DNA of 64,000 nucleotides from a virus (Duplodnaviria; Caudoviricetes): the IMG/VR virus record IMGVR_UViG_3300033120_000868, positions 1-64,000 of that record. One strand, given 5' to 3'. Numbering within the stretch: the first letter of the stretch is position 1; the number at the start of each line of letters is the position of its first letter. Position numbers and translations under genes: made by a program. The notes beneath the pieces are model-generated. The model saw nothing but the letters and a program-made list of their open reading frames with translations, had not been told where the DNA came from and made no database searches. This document shows, in pieces, positions 39,907 to 50,981 of this stretch.

Positions 39907-42684
39907 ATGTCAAACCATACAAAGCATGCTTTTTATAATGGGGTAGGGACTTCCACATCTCCTTCATCTACACTACCAAATCAAGCCGTAACAGAAGCTA
40001 TAAAGAGAACAGAAAAGTGGCAACACCGAGTAATGGATGCTTTAGAATCTATAGGAATCTCTCAACTTGCAGAAAATGTACATTTTAGAGACTATAGAAA
40101 AATGCTTACAGGTAATTTGGTTTATTCAGATTATGGAATAGAAGACCAATCTATTTTAAATCAGATTAGAGAAATAGGAGACAACGTTGGAATACCTACA
40201 TTTGTAAAGCACTATGATTTCATAGGTATAATCATAAGACAATTTATTGGAGAGTGGTTAAATCAAAAAGATAATTTTAAAGTTGATAGTATTGATGAAA
40301 TATCTGACAATGAATTTTTACGCGAATTAAACATTCAAGCAGAGGATTTTGTACTAAGCGAATATGAAAGAGAATTACAGATAAAGCTTTTAAAGAAAGG
40401 TATTGACCCCGCTAAATCTAATTTTCAATCAGACGAAGAAAGACAGCAATACTTACAGATGTTGGAGCAGGAAAAAGCAAAAGCTATTCCTGTAGAAGAA
40501 AGAATAAAAACAACATCTAAAAACTTTAAAACAAAAGCTGCTGAATGGGCTGAACATACTTTAGAGCACGACCAATCTAAGTATAATATGTCCGAATTGG
40601 ACGCAGAAGAAATAGAAGATTATCTTTTAACAGGTAGGTATTTCAGACATTACCACGTAGGATATGACTATTATAAACCTGAGAGATGGCTTCCTGAAGA
40701 AACTTTCTTTTCTAAGGATGTAAACATTAAACACCCACAAGACGGAGAGTATGTAGGCAGAGTATTCTTTTTAGGAGCTTCTGACATAATCCAAAGATAT
40801 GGGGCAAGTCTTACACCAAAGGATATAAAGACGCTTCAAAAAAGATTTGGAGATACTACAAATTTTGGACAAGATAGTAGAAAACCTTTTTCTGTAAACA
40901 ATATGACAAACACCTTCTTTGGTGATGATGTTGTTTTACCATTTGCAGGATATGTAGAATACGATTTAGGATTACAAATACAAGACGCTTTAAACGTGCC
41001 TATGGGAGAGACTTTTATAGACACTCCTGATGGACAACAAGTAGTACCAAGTTGGTTAAGCCCTTTCCAAAATCAAAACTATGTTTCAAACAGTTACGCC
41101 TCAATGAGAAGAGAGGATATTTCTGTAAGAACAGATTTAATGCAAGTTACAGAAGCCTATTGGAGGTCTTGGAAAAGAATGTGGCTTTTAAACTACACTA
41201 CAAAGACAGGATATTCCGCAACAGAAATAGTAACAGATGATTTATCACCTGAATTTATTGAAGAATATAACATTAAAAAATCTTCTAAATATGCCTTAAA
41301 TAATATTGAGGAAAATATGGAAGAAAACACAATGTATGAGTTTTGGATTCCTGAAGTATGGAGAGGAGTAAAAATTAATGCTGGTAATTCTTTATTAGGA
41401 GATAATATTTATTTAGATGTAGAACCTCTTCCATACCAAGTAAAAGGAGACAGTGATACTTTTGAGGTATTACTACCTGTTACAGGAATTATTTCAGATT
41501 CAGTTGCTCATAGATTAAGACCATTTCAAGTAGGATATAACATCTGTATGAATCAGATTTGGAATCTTCTTGAAAAAGAGATTGGGATGTTCTTCTTATT
41601 TGATATTAATTATTTACCTTCAGAGTATAAGGATTACGGAGATATAGAAGAGTCTTTAATGAAACTTAGAGATTTTGCTAAAGACGTAGGAATTGTTCCT
41701 ATGGACACTTCAAAACAAGGTATGCAAGGTAATGTGCCTCAAATGAACACTTTGATGACTCAAGATATCTCATTTGACAAACAAATTAATAGTCGAGTTA
41801 GTTTAGCAACATTTTATTATCAGAAAGCTTTAGAACAAATTGGCATTACACCTGCTAGATTAGGGCAAGCAACTACGTTTGAGACAGCTACAGGAGTACA
41901 ACAAGGAGTAACAGCTTCACACGACCAAACAGCTCAAATATTTCAAAAAATGTCTACGGCAAGAAAGAAATCAACCAATATGCATTTAGCTATTGCACAG
42001 TATTGCCAAAAAGAATTTATAGATAAAGATTTTGTGTTTAGGAGTTCAGATAATGATAAAACTTTTATAAATCTTACAGACCCTGATTTCCCTTTAAGAA
42101 GATTAAATGTATTTGCTATAAACGACCCTAAAAAACGAAGAGATTTGGAGATGATGAAACAAACACTTCTTCAAATGAACACTTTAGGAGATATGCAAGA
42201 TTATGCTGAACTTTACTCTGCTGATACAATCGTAGAACTTGTTTCTATGGGAAGAAGAAGCAGACAAGAGGCTCAACAAAAAGAACAAGAAGCAAGACAG
42301 CATGAGCAAGATATGTTAGATAAAAAACTTCAAGCAGAAGCTCAAGATAAAGAATCTCAAAGACAATTTGAAAAATATAAAGAAGATAAGAGAAACGAAA
42401 CAGATATTAGAGTGGCATCTATTAATGCAAATGCAAAATTATTAGATAAAAACAACACTTCTGAAGATGTTTCTCAAGTTCAAGATTATTCTACTCAAAT
42501 ATTAAACGATTTTAAAGCTCAAGAAATTGGTGTTAAAAAAGATTTAGCAGAGAATAAAAAACAAATTGAACAAGGAAAGCTTCAAAGACTAGACGAGCAG
42601 TTAAAGCTTAAAACAAGAGAGTTAGACCTTAAAGAGAAAGACCAAGAGACTAAAAGGTATATAGCTACAGTTAATAAAAATTAA
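39907..42684 (+). CDS. portal protein (crAss-like type)
   Basis: 925 aa between terL and the capsid block; HYD.I..II..F.GE, GITPARLGQ and long C-terminal coiled coil. Confidence 0.82.
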   Translation: MSNHTKHAFYNGVGTSTSPSSTLPNQAVTEAIKRTEKWQHRVMDALESIGISQLAENVHFRDYRKMLTGNLVYSDYGIEDQSILNQIREIGDNVGIPTFVKHYDFIGIIIRQFIGEWLNQKDNFKVDSIDEISDNEFLRELNIQAEDFVLSEYERELQIKLLKKGIDPAKSNFQSDEERQQYLQMLEQEKAKAIPVEERIKTTSKNFKTKAAEWAEHTLEHDQSKYNMSELDAEEIEDYLLTGRYFRHYHVGYDYYKPERWLPEETFFSKDVNIKHPQDGEYVGRVFFLGASDIIQRYGASLTPKDIKTLQKRFGDTTNFGQDSRKPFSVNNMTNTFFGDDVVLPFAGYVEYDLGLQIQDALNVPMGETFIDTPDGQQVVPSWLSPFQNQNYVSNSYASMRREDISVRTDLMQVTEAYWRSWKRMWLLNYTTKTGYSATEIVTDDLSPEFIEEYNIKKSSKYALNNIEENMEENTMYEFWIPEVWRGVKINAGNSLLGDNIYLDVEPLPYQVKGDSDTFEVLLPVTGIISDSVAHRLRPFQVGYNICMNQIWNLLEKEIGMFFLFDINYLPSEYKDYGDIEESLMKLRDFAKDVGIVPMDTSKQGMQGNVPQMNTLMTQDISFDKQINSRVSLATFYYQKALEQIGITPARLGQATTFETATGVQQGVTASHDQTAQIFQKMSTARKKSTNMHLAIAQYCQKEFIDKDFVFRSSDNDKTFINLTDPDFPLRRLNVFAINDPKKRRDLEMMKQTLLQMNTLGDMQDYAELYSADTIVELVSMGRRSRQEAQQKEQEARQHEQDMLDKKLQAEAQDKESQRQFEKYKEDKRNETDIRVASINANAKLLDKNNTSEDVSQVQDYSTQILNDFKAQEIGVKKDLAENKKQIEQGKLQRLDEQLKLKTRELDLKEKDQETKRYIATVNKN

Positions 42685-42724
42685 GCTAACAAACTTTTAA
42701 CAATAAAAACCTTTAGTTAAATAT

Positions 42725-42750
42725 GCCCGCTAGTAATAGGTGGGCGTTTA
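42725..42750 (+). terminator. terminator-like hairpin
   Basis: GCCCGC-TAGTAATAG-GTGGGC followed by GTTT. Confidence 0.5.
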
Positions 42751-42796
42751 ACTAATTTTGTAAATTCAAACCAAATAACTAATTTTGCAACAGAAA

Positions 42797-43891
42797 ATGG
42801 AACAAACCAATGTGAATTTTGATGACTTATTAAAGAACATGAACTTTGATAATTCAGACCAACCAAAAGAGGAGTTAGAAATTAACTTATCTCTTTCCAA
42901 TGAAGAAGAGGGGGAAGAAGCTCCAAAAGAAGAAAACCCTAAAGAAGAAGAGCTAAAAGCTGAAGAGACTCCTAAAGAAGATGAATTAGTATTTTCTGAA
43001 GAAACCAACTATGACGTACTAATTAAAGAGTTGGTAGACTTAGGTGAATGGGACTCAGATTTTGTAATTCCTGATGATGAAGGTAATGACATATTGATTA
43101 CTGATTTAAAAGGTATAGATAAAGAAAGATTTCAAGAAATAAAAGAGGCTATAAAAGATTTTAAAGATAAAGAGTTTAAATCTAAATATGTTTCAGTAGA
43201 AGGAATGACAGAAACTCAGAAATCTTTAATTAATATTATAAAGTCAGGAGATTTAGAAAAAGCAGAAGAGCTTTTCAAAAACCCTGCACAACTTGAAGAG
43301 CCATTTAAAGGTTATGATTCTTCTAATGATACTCACAATATTAATGTATTAGCTTATCACTATAAACAACAAGGTTTCTCAGATAAGAAAATTCAATCTT
43401 TAATTAAAGTAGCTCAAGAAGATTTAACTTTAGATACTGAAGCTCAAGCTGTAGTTGAACAATATAGAGAGGGGTATAAAAACCATTTAGCAAATATTGA
43501 AAAAGAGACAGAAGAAACTAGAAAACAAGAGGAGGAAAGTAGAAAAACGTATAGAAAAGATTTAACTACTCAGTATAAAGAAGAAGGATTTCCTGAACCT
43601 TTAGTAAAAAAATTAGTTGATGCAACAACAAAACCTGACCAAGACGGAGAACTTCCTGTAGATAAGGTTTACGAGCAATTAATGAAAGACCCAAAAGAAG
43701 CTAAAGAAGTAGCTTTATTTCTTTTAAATAGACAAGAATACCTTAACAGAGTGAAAGCCCCTGTAAAAAAAGAAGCTGATGTAAATTTCTTGAAAAAATT
43801 AAATATTGCAAGAAAAACAACAGCAACTAAAAATTCACAAAAAGAAGAAGACACACCAAATAACTTTTTTGAAACTTTAACATTTAATTAA
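42797..43891 (+). CDS. acidic scaffold-like head protein
   Basis: E/D-rich N-terminus, coiled-coil, between portal and MCP; start set at ATG 42797 because the TTG overlaps the promoter. Confidence 0.6.
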   Translation: MEQTNVNFDDLLKNMNFDNSDQPKEELEINLSLSNEEEGEEAPKEENPKEEELKAEETPKEDELVFSEETNYDVLIKELVDLGEWDSDFVIPDDEGNDILITDLKGIDKERFQEIKEAIKDFKDKEFKSKYVSVEGMTETQKSLINIIKSGDLEKAEELFKNPAQLEEPFKGYDSSNDTHNINVLAYHYKQQGFSDKKIQSLIKVAQEDLTLDTEAQAVVEQYREGYKNHLANIEKETEETRKQEEESRKTYRKDLTTQYKEEGFPEPLVKKLVDATTKPDQDGELPVDKVYEQLMKDPKEAKEVALFLLNRQEYLNRVKAPVKKEADVNFLKKLNIARKTTATKNSQKEEDTPNNFFETLTFN

Positions 43892-43904
43892 TATATAGAC
43901 AATT

Positions 43905-45608
43905 ATGATTCAAAATCAGAACATCCCATACCACATTAATGGAGGCGACCAAGTGATTATGTTCACTGGTAAAAAAGAACTTGCTTCAATCAGTGGTGTA
44001 CAAAACTTACCATCTTTATATAGTTGGTATCAAGAAGACCCTGAAAAAAACCACTTAGGGTTAGTAAAACTATGGTCGCAACAATCTACGGCTAAGTATC
44101 CAAACTTAATGCGTCAATTATTGGCTGACAAGGCTGTAATGAATGTAAACGGTTGGGACGGAGGATTTACTTACGAGCTTCCAATTGAAGAGCACAAAGG
44201 TTGCTACACAACTCGTGATGTATCTTACCAAGAATTTGCAGGTGTAGATGGAGGAACTTTCAAGTTAATTTTAAACAGAGCTTATGCTCCTGGGGATATC
44301 TTAACTTATGATAAATTTCATGGACAACAAGTAGTTGTAGCAGAAGATTATCCTGTTGAACCATCAACTGAAGGATTTGAGCACACAGTAAAAATTGCAA
44401 ATGAGAATGATAAATATGCTTACCTATTACCTGAGTTTTTAAGTAAAGGTGTTGAGTGGTTTAAGATTGGACATGCTGCATTTGGAGAAGAGTTCACAAA
44501 CTACTCTAACTTTGAGTTCCCTAATACAATTGGAACAATGAAATGTGAGTTCCGTTTAGGTTCTGCAACTGCTGTTGAGTCTTACATCTCAGGTGCGGCT
44601 GATGCAAAAGCAATGTCAGGAGCTTCGGCTAAAGCAAAAGCTTATGCTGACAAAGTAATGCAAGAATTTAACGGCGGAGAATATGCTATCTTAGCAGATT
44701 TCAAAGTTGTTAATGGTAAAAAAATGCCTGATATGAAAACGGCTAAATTAGGAGCTACTATGGAGTTCTTAACTATGCGTGAATTAGAAAAATTAACTTC
44801 TGAAAAATTAATGTGGGCTCAAGCAGCTACATTTACAAATTCAAATGGAGTTACTCGTATCAACGAAGGTTTATACAGACAATTAAGACGTGGTAAAATT
44901 ATCACTTATGGTCGTCCAGGCGGTTTAACAAGAGAGCACATTCAAGAGGCTAAAGAGTATATCTTCCGCGGAAATTATATGAAACAAGATGTTGACACAA
45001 GAATCCACTTCAAAGCTGGTAAATTCTTATATGAAAACTTCTTAGCTATCTTTAAAGACGAAATTGCAAGTCAAAGAGACCAGTTAGCTACCTTCTTAGG
45101 TTCTGATAGAATGATTCCAAACCCTGTTTCAGGAAACGACCCATTCAATTTAACTTTCAAACCTATCCGTTTTACAAACGTATTCTTAGCTGGAATTGGT
45201 ATGGTATCTGTAGAAGAGGATTTAGCTTTAAACAACGCTGATGGTAGAGATAGATTAGCTTCAGGAATGCACCCACTTGGATTATCAGAAACTGCTTATT
45301 CAGCTATGATTTGGGATGCAGATTCTCAAGTATACTCAAACAATAAAGAGCTTCCAAAAGGAGTTACTATGATTGAAGGAGGTAATGCAGGAGCAAATAT
45401 CCACTTAGTAAAACCTGAAGGTGAAGGAGTTTATTGGGGTTCTGAGAATGGTCGTTACGACTATAGAAAAGCAGGAGATATCATCTCTTCAGGAAGAAAA
45501 CCAGGTCAAAACTTTTGGGCTTTCTCAATCGCAGCTATTCACGTAATGGATGTTACAAGAACTGTAATTATTGAGTTAGAACCAGCAGCAAGAAAAGGTT
45601 TCAACTAA
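43905..45608 (+). CDS. major capsid protein
   Basis: 567 aa, position after scaffold, highly expressed codon bias (CGT, TTC, AAC, ATC), E..LMW...G.....EGL..QLRRG pattern, strong terminator after. Confidence 0.8.
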   Translation: MIQNQNIPYHINGGDQVIMFTGKKELASISGVQNLPSLYSWYQEDPEKNHLGLVKLWSQQSTAKYPNLMRQLLADKAVMNVNGWDGGFTYELPIEEHKGCYTTRDVSYQEFAGVDGGTFKLILNRAYAPGDILTYDKFHGQQVVVAEDYPVEPSTEGFEHTVKIANENDKYAYLLPEFLSKGVEWFKIGHAAFGEEFTNYSNFEFPNTIGTMKCEFRLGSATAVESYISGAADAKAMSGASAKAKAYADKVMQEFNGGEYAILADFKVVNGKKMPDMKTAKLGATMEFLTMRELEKLTSEKLMWAQAATFTNSNGVTRINEGLYRQLRRGKIITYGRPGGLTREHIQEAKEYIFRGNYMKQDVDTRIHFKAGKFLYENFLAIFKDEIASQRDQLATFLGSDRMIPNPVSGNDPFNLTFKPIRFTNVFLAGIGMVSVEEDLALNNADGRDRLASGMHPLGLSETAYSAMIWDADSQVYSNNKELPKGVTMIEGGNAGANIHLVKPEGEGVYWGSENGRYDYRKAGDIISSGRKPGQNFWAFSIAAIHVMDVTRTVIIELEPAARKGFN

Positions 45609-45624
45609 TATTAAAATAAAAATT

Positions 45625-45655
45625 TCCGCCCTGTTAAATTCGGGGCGGGATTTTT
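45625..45655 (+). terminator. intrinsic terminator
   Basis: TCCGCCCTG-TTAAATT-CGGGGCGGGA followed by TTTTT. Confidence 0.75.
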
Positions 45656-45720
45656 AACTAATTTTGAAGAAAGTATATTATTTACTATCTTTGCACAACA
45701 GAAAAACCAAACAGAAAAAA

Positions 45721-46680
45721 ATGAGTAAAACCAACCAAAAAGAAGTACTGTTTTCCGTGTATGGCATGGAAATCAGAGAAGACTCTCTTTATGAGATACA
45801 AGAGAAAATAGATATGTCAGCACCTGACGGTTTTCAAAAAGAAAATACCACAAAGATTCTTAATGAAAATGTAATTGACAGTTTTCCCGTAGCATCTTGG
45901 GATGAATCTTTAAAGTCTTGGGATACAGGATTAACATTAGATTCAAAACTATTAGCTAAAGCTTTTCCTGACGATATTGAAAGAGGGAGAGTTGTAAAAC
46001 AATTAACTGCAAAAGTAGTTAAACCTTTTGAAGACAGAATTGGAAAAGGAGGATTAAGACCAACAGCAGATAATAACGAATTTTGGGATAGATTCTCAGT
46101 AAGAGTTTCAAGATTTAAAGTGTTTAATACAGCTAAAGTAGAAGAGTTATATCAACTGTATAGCTTATTAGTTAAGAAAACAATTACTCCAAAAGCTCAC
46201 GAAAGACATCCTGAATGGAGAAATTCAGCTTATACAGTTGTAGATAAAGAAGAAGCTGTATCAAGAGCAGAATTAAAAGCTTCTCAAAAAGCAACAGCTT
46301 ATGGATTATATTTCCAATTGAAAAATTCAAAAGAGTTACCAATTATTTTAGATTGGGTAAATGTTAAGATTCAAAAAACTACTCCTGATACTACAAAAGA
46401 TGCTATCTTTGATAGATTTATATCAGACGAAAAGAATGGAAATCAAAATACAAAGGATTTTATCGAAGCTGTTGAAATGTTTAATGACGAAAAACAATCT
46501 GAGATTTTTGGAATCCATACAAGATTAAAAGAAATGCATAGAAAAGGAGAAGGAATTGTTTTAAGAAAACAGGAAATTTATTTAGACGACCAATATGTTG
46601 GAAACAACTTCAAGGTAGCTGCTAAAAAGATTTTAGATACTCCTGAATTATATGAGACTTTTATGTCTTTACAAAAATAA
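45721..46680 (+). CDS. conserved head-block protein after MCP
   Basis: synteny with the crAss-like capsid block; ATG 45721 lies downstream of a promoter. Confidence 0.55.
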   Translation: MSKTNQKEVLFSVYGMEIREDSLYEIQEKIDMSAPDGFQKENTTKILNENVIDSFPVASWDESLKSWDTGLTLDSKLLAKAFPDDIERGRVVKQLTAKVVKPFEDRIGKGGLRPTADNNEFWDRFSVRVSRFKVFNTAKVEELYQLYSLLVKKTITPKAHERHPEWRNSAYTVVDKEEAVSRAELKASQKATAYGLYFQLKNSKELPIILDWVNVKIQKTTPDTTKDAIFDRFISDEKNGNQNTKDFIEAVEMFNDEKQSEIFGIHTRLKEMHRKGEGIVLRKQEIYLDDQYVGNNFKVAAKKILDTPELYETFMSLQK

Positions 46681-46690
46681 CAAATAAAAC

Positions 46691-46717
46691 AGGGAGGTGA
46701 AATTCCTCCCTTATTTT
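46691..46717 (+). terminator. intrinsic terminator
   Basis: AGGGAGG-TGAAATT-CCTCCCT followed by TATTTT. Confidence 0.7.
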
Positions 46718-46722
46718 AAAAA

Positions 46723-47394
46723 ATGCAAGTAGAAAGAGCTTACGAAAAATTTCTGCTTAAAGCTAATGAAAATTTTGAGACATCAAAAATAGCAGTTGAT
46801 AGAGGTAGATTTACACTTTTATTTAATGAGGCTCAAAATAAGATGCTTGAAAATATCTTAGATAGAAAAGCAGATGACGAGTATCGCTACATTCAAAAGC
46901 TACTTGTCAAAAACAAAGAAATACTACGCGAAGAATCGCAAGAAAATTTAGATTTATTTCCCCTACCTAAAAACTATTTTGATTTTTCTTCGGCTTACAC
47001 TAAAGCCACATCAAAAGGAGATAAATGTACAGATGTAAAAATATACTTATATGAGGTCAAAGATGACAATATAGTAGAAGTTTTACAAGATGAATTTCAA
47101 AAACCATCATTCATAGCAAGAGAAGCTCCATTCTCATTTACTTCAGACAAAATAGCGGTTTATAAAGAAGATTTTAAAAACAACGCTTTAATCTTATCTT
47201 ATTATAGATATCCAATACAAATACAACTTATTGACGAAGAAGACCCTGAATCTGCTTTTAACGAAGGTTTTCCAATAGAGTTCGATGATAAATTTACAGA
47301 CCGAATTATATCTATGGCGGTCTCGGAATTTGAAATAAACAATTCAAACGATAAATTTAATATAAATAAACAACAATCAATTAACAAATTTTAA
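46723..47394 (+). CDS. putative head-tail adaptor / ring protein
   Basis: LFNEAQ, LP.NY and L.YYRYP motifs typical of gp15/gp11-like ring proteins. Confidence 0.6.
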   Translation: MQVERAYEKFLLKANENFETSKIAVDRGRFTLLFNEAQNKMLENILDRKADDEYRYIQKLLVKNKEILREESQENLDLFPLPKNYFDFSSAYTKATSKGDKCTDVKIYLYEVKDDNIVEVLQDEFQKPSFIAREAPFSFTSDKIAVYKEDFKNNALILSYYRYPIQIQLIDEEDPESAFNEGFPIEFDDKFTDRIISMAVSEFEINNSNDKFNINKQQSINKF

Positions 47395-47396
47395 TT

Positions 47397-49379
47397 ATGC
47401 TTAACAGACCACAAGAAATTCTTTTTGTTACTAACGAAGGTGCTGTCCAAAAAAATGGATATTCGGCAACTCTTGGTAAAGGACAGTTTGGAATAGTAGA
47501 TAAAGGGGCATCTAAAAGTGCTTTAGGTGAAAGAGTAACCACTACATTACCAACAACTCCAAAAGACAGATTATTTGAGTTAGCTTTAGGAGCTTCAGAT
47601 TTGAAACCTAACCGTTCTCAAACTAACAAATCATGGCGTTCACTTCCATTTAAGTTAAGTGACGTAGTAGAAATCAAAGTAAAAACTCCTCAAGGAAAAG
47701 GAAGTGTTGACGAGGTTCTTATCGGATACGATGGAATTAATGCAGACACAGCTTTAGTATTAGAAAACGGAGATAACGAAACATTAGACATCACTTTAAA
47801 AGGAGATGCTTTAGGGATGTTAGGGTACAAAGACGGAAAAGTAACTGTAAAATTACATTTACGTGCTCCTAACGAAGGTGCTTTCACTATGCAACAAATT
47901 GTTGAAGAGGGAGTAGCAATATTAAAAAACATGACTTTAATAGGAGGTGTTCCAATTACAGAGTATATTGATATCACTCCAATTAATTCAGAACAAGTAG
48001 CTTTAACAGGTTCTAACTACTCATTCTTTTATTTATCAGTTAATGATGAAGGTAGAGAATCTGATAAAGGTTTGATACAAGCTCAGTACCCTTCATATAA
48101 AGTGGAGAGAAAATCTTGGAAAGACGGCTTATCTGTATATTCTATTTTAGCTCCATCAGCTACAGTATTAGCTAATTATGAAGCTACTTTAACAGATATT
48201 ATGAAATATTGTGAAGACTGTCCTAGTGGATTTACAGCTTCAGCAGATGGAAAATTATGTGTTGCTGGTGGAGACCCAGTAGCTATCGCTTGGGAACAAG
48301 GAGAAACAGGAGTAGTAGTTTCTGAAAGCTACGAAATCCAATTAGCAGACGACGATTGTGGAGCTAACAGACTTGCTGAATTACAAGCTGCTTACCCAAG
48401 TTTAGCAATTGCAGTAAAAGGTACATCAAGCAGAACAGTAACTTTATCAGGTACTTCAGGAACAGCTAATATTGCAATTGCTGGAGTTAATTATTTAGCT
48501 ACATTTGCATCTGATTTGACAACTACAGCTAATAACTTTGTAACAGCACATGCAGCTACTATTTTAGCAGCTACAGGAGCTACAGTAACAGCATCATCAG
48601 GAGTAATCACAATAACTGATACAAATTTAGGATTCCCAACAGTTACCATTACAAATGCTACAACTAACTTAGCAGGTACAGTGGGAGCATTAACGGCTGT
48701 TACAACTACAGAAGGTGGATGCCAAACAGTTTATACAACTACAGTTTTATCTAACCCTGTATTTAGTGAGTGTGACCCTATTTTACTAGATTTACATTTT
48801 ACAGAAGCACCTGCACCTTATAATTTCACACATTGGACAAAAGTAGCTAAAGTTTATAACGAAGATGCTTTAATGGGTATTAGAATTAAAGGTAAGATGA
48901 ATATTTTTGCTGGTTCAGAAGATTATAGATTTGATATTCCAAACATATATGATTCAACAAGATTATCTGTTTCAAGTGAAGTTGGTATGGTAAATGAATC
49001 TTACAAACAAGGTAGAGTAGGTAGATTCGCAGTTAAAATGTTATCTGTTGCTTCTAAACCTGATTCATTAGGTATGGATTTAAGAGACTTAGAAAACAGA
49101 GCTCGTATTCATTATACTATGTCACCTGTACACGAAGATAATAATATTGCTCGTTATTTATTAGGTGAAGAGTCTTTACTAAAACCAACTGCACAATATG
49201 TAACTTATACTATTTGGATTAGAACTAGTAAAATTGCTGGAATGTTCTCTAAAGAGGAAGTAACTAACCAAAAATATATTATTGCAGCAGAGGTTGGAAG
49301 ACACTTAGGAGTAGAAGACGTAGTAAATGCATTAGCAACCGCATCAGGAGTACCTGTAGTAGAAGCTTTCAACTATTAA
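47397..49379 (+). CDS. abundant structural protein (possible auxiliary capsid protein)
   Basis: 660 aa, high-expression codon usage, T/A-rich insertion domain, followed by a terminator. Confidence 0.55.
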   Translation: MLNRPQEILFVTNEGAVQKNGYSATLGKGQFGIVDKGASKSALGERVTTTLPTTPKDRLFELALGASDLKPNRSQTNKSWRSLPFKLSDVVEIKVKTPQGKGSVDEVLIGYDGINADTALVLENGDNETLDITLKGDALGMLGYKDGKVTVKLHLRAPNEGAFTMQQIVEEGVAILKNMTLIGGVPITEYIDITPINSEQVALTGSNYSFFYLSVNDEGRESDKGLIQAQYPSYKVERKSWKDGLSVYSILAPSATVLANYEATLTDIMKYCEDCPSGFTASADGKLCVAGGDPVAIAWEQGETGVVVSESYEIQLADDDCGANRLAELQAAYPSLAIAVKGTSSRTVTLSGTSGTANIAIAGVNYLATFASDLTTTANNFVTAHAATILAATGATVTASSGVITITDTNLGFPTVTITNATTNLAGTVGALTAVTTTEGGCQTVYTTTVLSNPVFSECDPILLDLHFTEAPAPYNFTHWTKVAKVYNEDALMGIRIKGKMNIFAGSEDYRFDIPNIYDSTRLSVSSEVGMVNESYKQGRVGRFAVKMLSVASKPDSLGMDLRDLENRARIHYTMSPVHEDNNIARYLLGEESLLKPTAQYVTYTIWIRTSKIAGMFSKEEVTNQKYIIAAEVGRHLGVEDVVNALATASGVPVVEAFNY

Positions 49380-49394
49380 AATCAAATTAACCAT

Positions 49395-49424
49395 AAAGGA
49401 GGAGCAAAACACTCCTCCTTTTTT
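49395..49424 (+). terminator. intrinsic terminator
   Basis: AAAGGAGGAG-CAAAACA-CTCCTCCTTT followed by TTT. Confidence 0.75.
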
Positions 49425-49436
49425 AATATAACATAA

Positions 49437-49556
49437 ATGAAAGTAACAATAGACAGAGAAGCTTCAAAGGAAGAAACCTTAGCTATTTTAAAGGCAGAAG
49501 AGATTTTATTAGAGGCAGGGTTAGAATTAATTGGAACAAGACCAAAAGATAGGTAA
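49437..49556 (+). CDS. small hypothetical protein (39 aa, not in ORF track)
   Basis: MKVTIDREASKEETLAILKAEEIL...GTRPKDR; TAATG coupling to the next gene. Confidence 0.55.
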   Translation: MKVTIDREASKEETLAILKAEEILLEAGLELIGTRPKDR

Positions 49557-49885
49557 TGAAAGCACTTTTATACTTAGCAACCTTAATAAGTATAATTACA
49601 TATTCTTTTTGGCAACAAATAAAAGATATAACTAATATTAGTGTTTTTTATATAGGAAACGCTTTATTTATATTTTTAATATGTTTTTATATTTATTTAC
49701 AAGATAAAAAGAGTTTTATAAAATTCTTATTATTTGAGTTATCCGTTGCGAATTTATTTAAAGAGCTTTTCCTTGACCCAGGAAAATTAACCTTATCAGA
49801 AGCCTTATTAATAGTTATAATACCTTTCATTTGGTATATAAAAGTAAAATATGACAAGTATTATAGAATATTGGAGAGAAATTAG
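49556..49885 (+). CDS. membrane protein (possible holin/antiholin)
   Basis: 3-4 hydrophobic helices. Confidence 0.55.
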   Translation: MKALLYLATLISIITYSFWQQIKDITNISVFYIGNALFIFLICFYIYLQDKKSFIKFLLFELSVANLFKELFLDPGKLTLSEALLIVIIPFIWYIKVKYDKYYRILERN

Positions 49886-50282
49886 TTTAGCAATCGGAGG
49901 TGTAGCCTCTTTTATAATAGGAAGAAAATCAGCTAGATTTTTAGAAAAACAACAACAAGTAGATGCTATAGCAACAATGCAAAAAACGTATGACACGTTT
50001 TTGGGACATTATGATAGTCAATATGTAAAATTAGTGGAACAAGTAAATAAACTTCAGTCTGCTTTTTTGGAGTTACAACTTTCTTATGCAAAGGAAATCG
50101 AGAAGAGCGAGAACTGGGAGAAACTACACAGAGAGTTACAAATACAATATAGAGATTTAGAAAAGAAATATAATATTCTTGAGCATCAATATTTAGAATC
50201 AGAGAAAAAACACGAAGATTTAGAAAAATTATATTCAAAATTAAAATCAGATTTTGATAAACATAAAAAGTTAACTGCATAA
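49851..50282 (+). CDS. single-TM coiled-coil protein (holin- or spanin-like)
   Basis: N-terminal TM followed by a long coiled coil. Confidence 0.55.
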   Translation: MTSIIEYWREISLAIGGVASFIIGRKSARFLEKQQQVDAIATMQKTYDTFLGHYDSQYVKLVEQVNKLQSAFLELQLSYAKEIEKSENWEKLHRELQIQYRDLEKKYNILEHQYLESEKKHEDLEKLYSKLKSDFDKHKKLTA

Positions 50283-50305
50283 CAACTTAAAATAAGTAAA
50301 TAAAT

Positions 50306-50878
50306 ATGACAACATTAGAAAAGATTAAAAAACTTCAATATTTTAACGGATTAAAAAATTTAAGAATAATATTAGAAGAGTTCTTCTCTTCTGTTACAGC
50401 TTTGGAAACCAATTCAGTTATTGTAGCAGAAGTTAGAGTAGATAGTAGTACAACACTAAATTCAGGTACTTTAACCGTAGGTAGAAAATATTATATCGAT
50501 AATACAGATTTACAAGCAGGTGATGATTTTACCAACGTAGGTTTTGTGGTAGAAGGGCAAGTTTTTACAGCAACAGGCACGACACCAACAGATTGGAGTG
50601 GAGAAACACCTGTAACAGAAATTATTGAAGAATACTCTGTAATATATAATGATATTGACAATAGTAATTTAAATATATCTTTAGATTATAATCCTTCTGA
50701 TGAATCTTACTTAAATTTTACAATATTGAATAACGGTTTTACAACATCAAAAAGTGCAGCTTTTACAGGTGTAAGTTCTAACTATTCTTTTACAAGTACA
50801 AACAATTTAGCAATTAATATTTCAGCAAATTTAGGACAAAATAATAAAGGATTTGTTAAAATAGAAGTTTATAACTAA
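50306..50878 (+). CDS. putative virion / fibre-associated protein
   Basis: SGTL.VGRKY.I...GDDFTNVG...FTATGTTP..W module. Confidence 0.55.
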   Translation: MTTLEKIKKLQYFNGLKNLRIILEEFFSSVTALETNSVIVAEVRVDSSTTLNSGTLTVGRKYYIDNTDLQAGDDFTNVGFVVEGQVFTATGTTPTDWSGETPVTEIIEEYSVIYNDIDNSNLNISLDYNPSDESYLNFTILNNGFTTSKSAAFTGVSSNYSFTSTNNLAINISANLGQNNKGFVKIEVYN

Positions 50879-50970
50879 TGGGACAAGTAGGGCAAATAGT
50901 AATTGATTTTGATATAATGTCAACACGACCAAAAAATTTGGTAGTTGCTGACAGCTCGGAGTGGATATAA
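50878..50970 (+). pseudogene. displaced 5' fragment of the 51625..52167 gene
   Basis: MGQVGQIVIDFDIMSTRPKNLVVADSSEWI* versus MEIGNINIDFDVMSTRPSNLVVADSSDWK. Confidence 0.85.
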
Positions 50971-50981
50971 AATTTTTATAA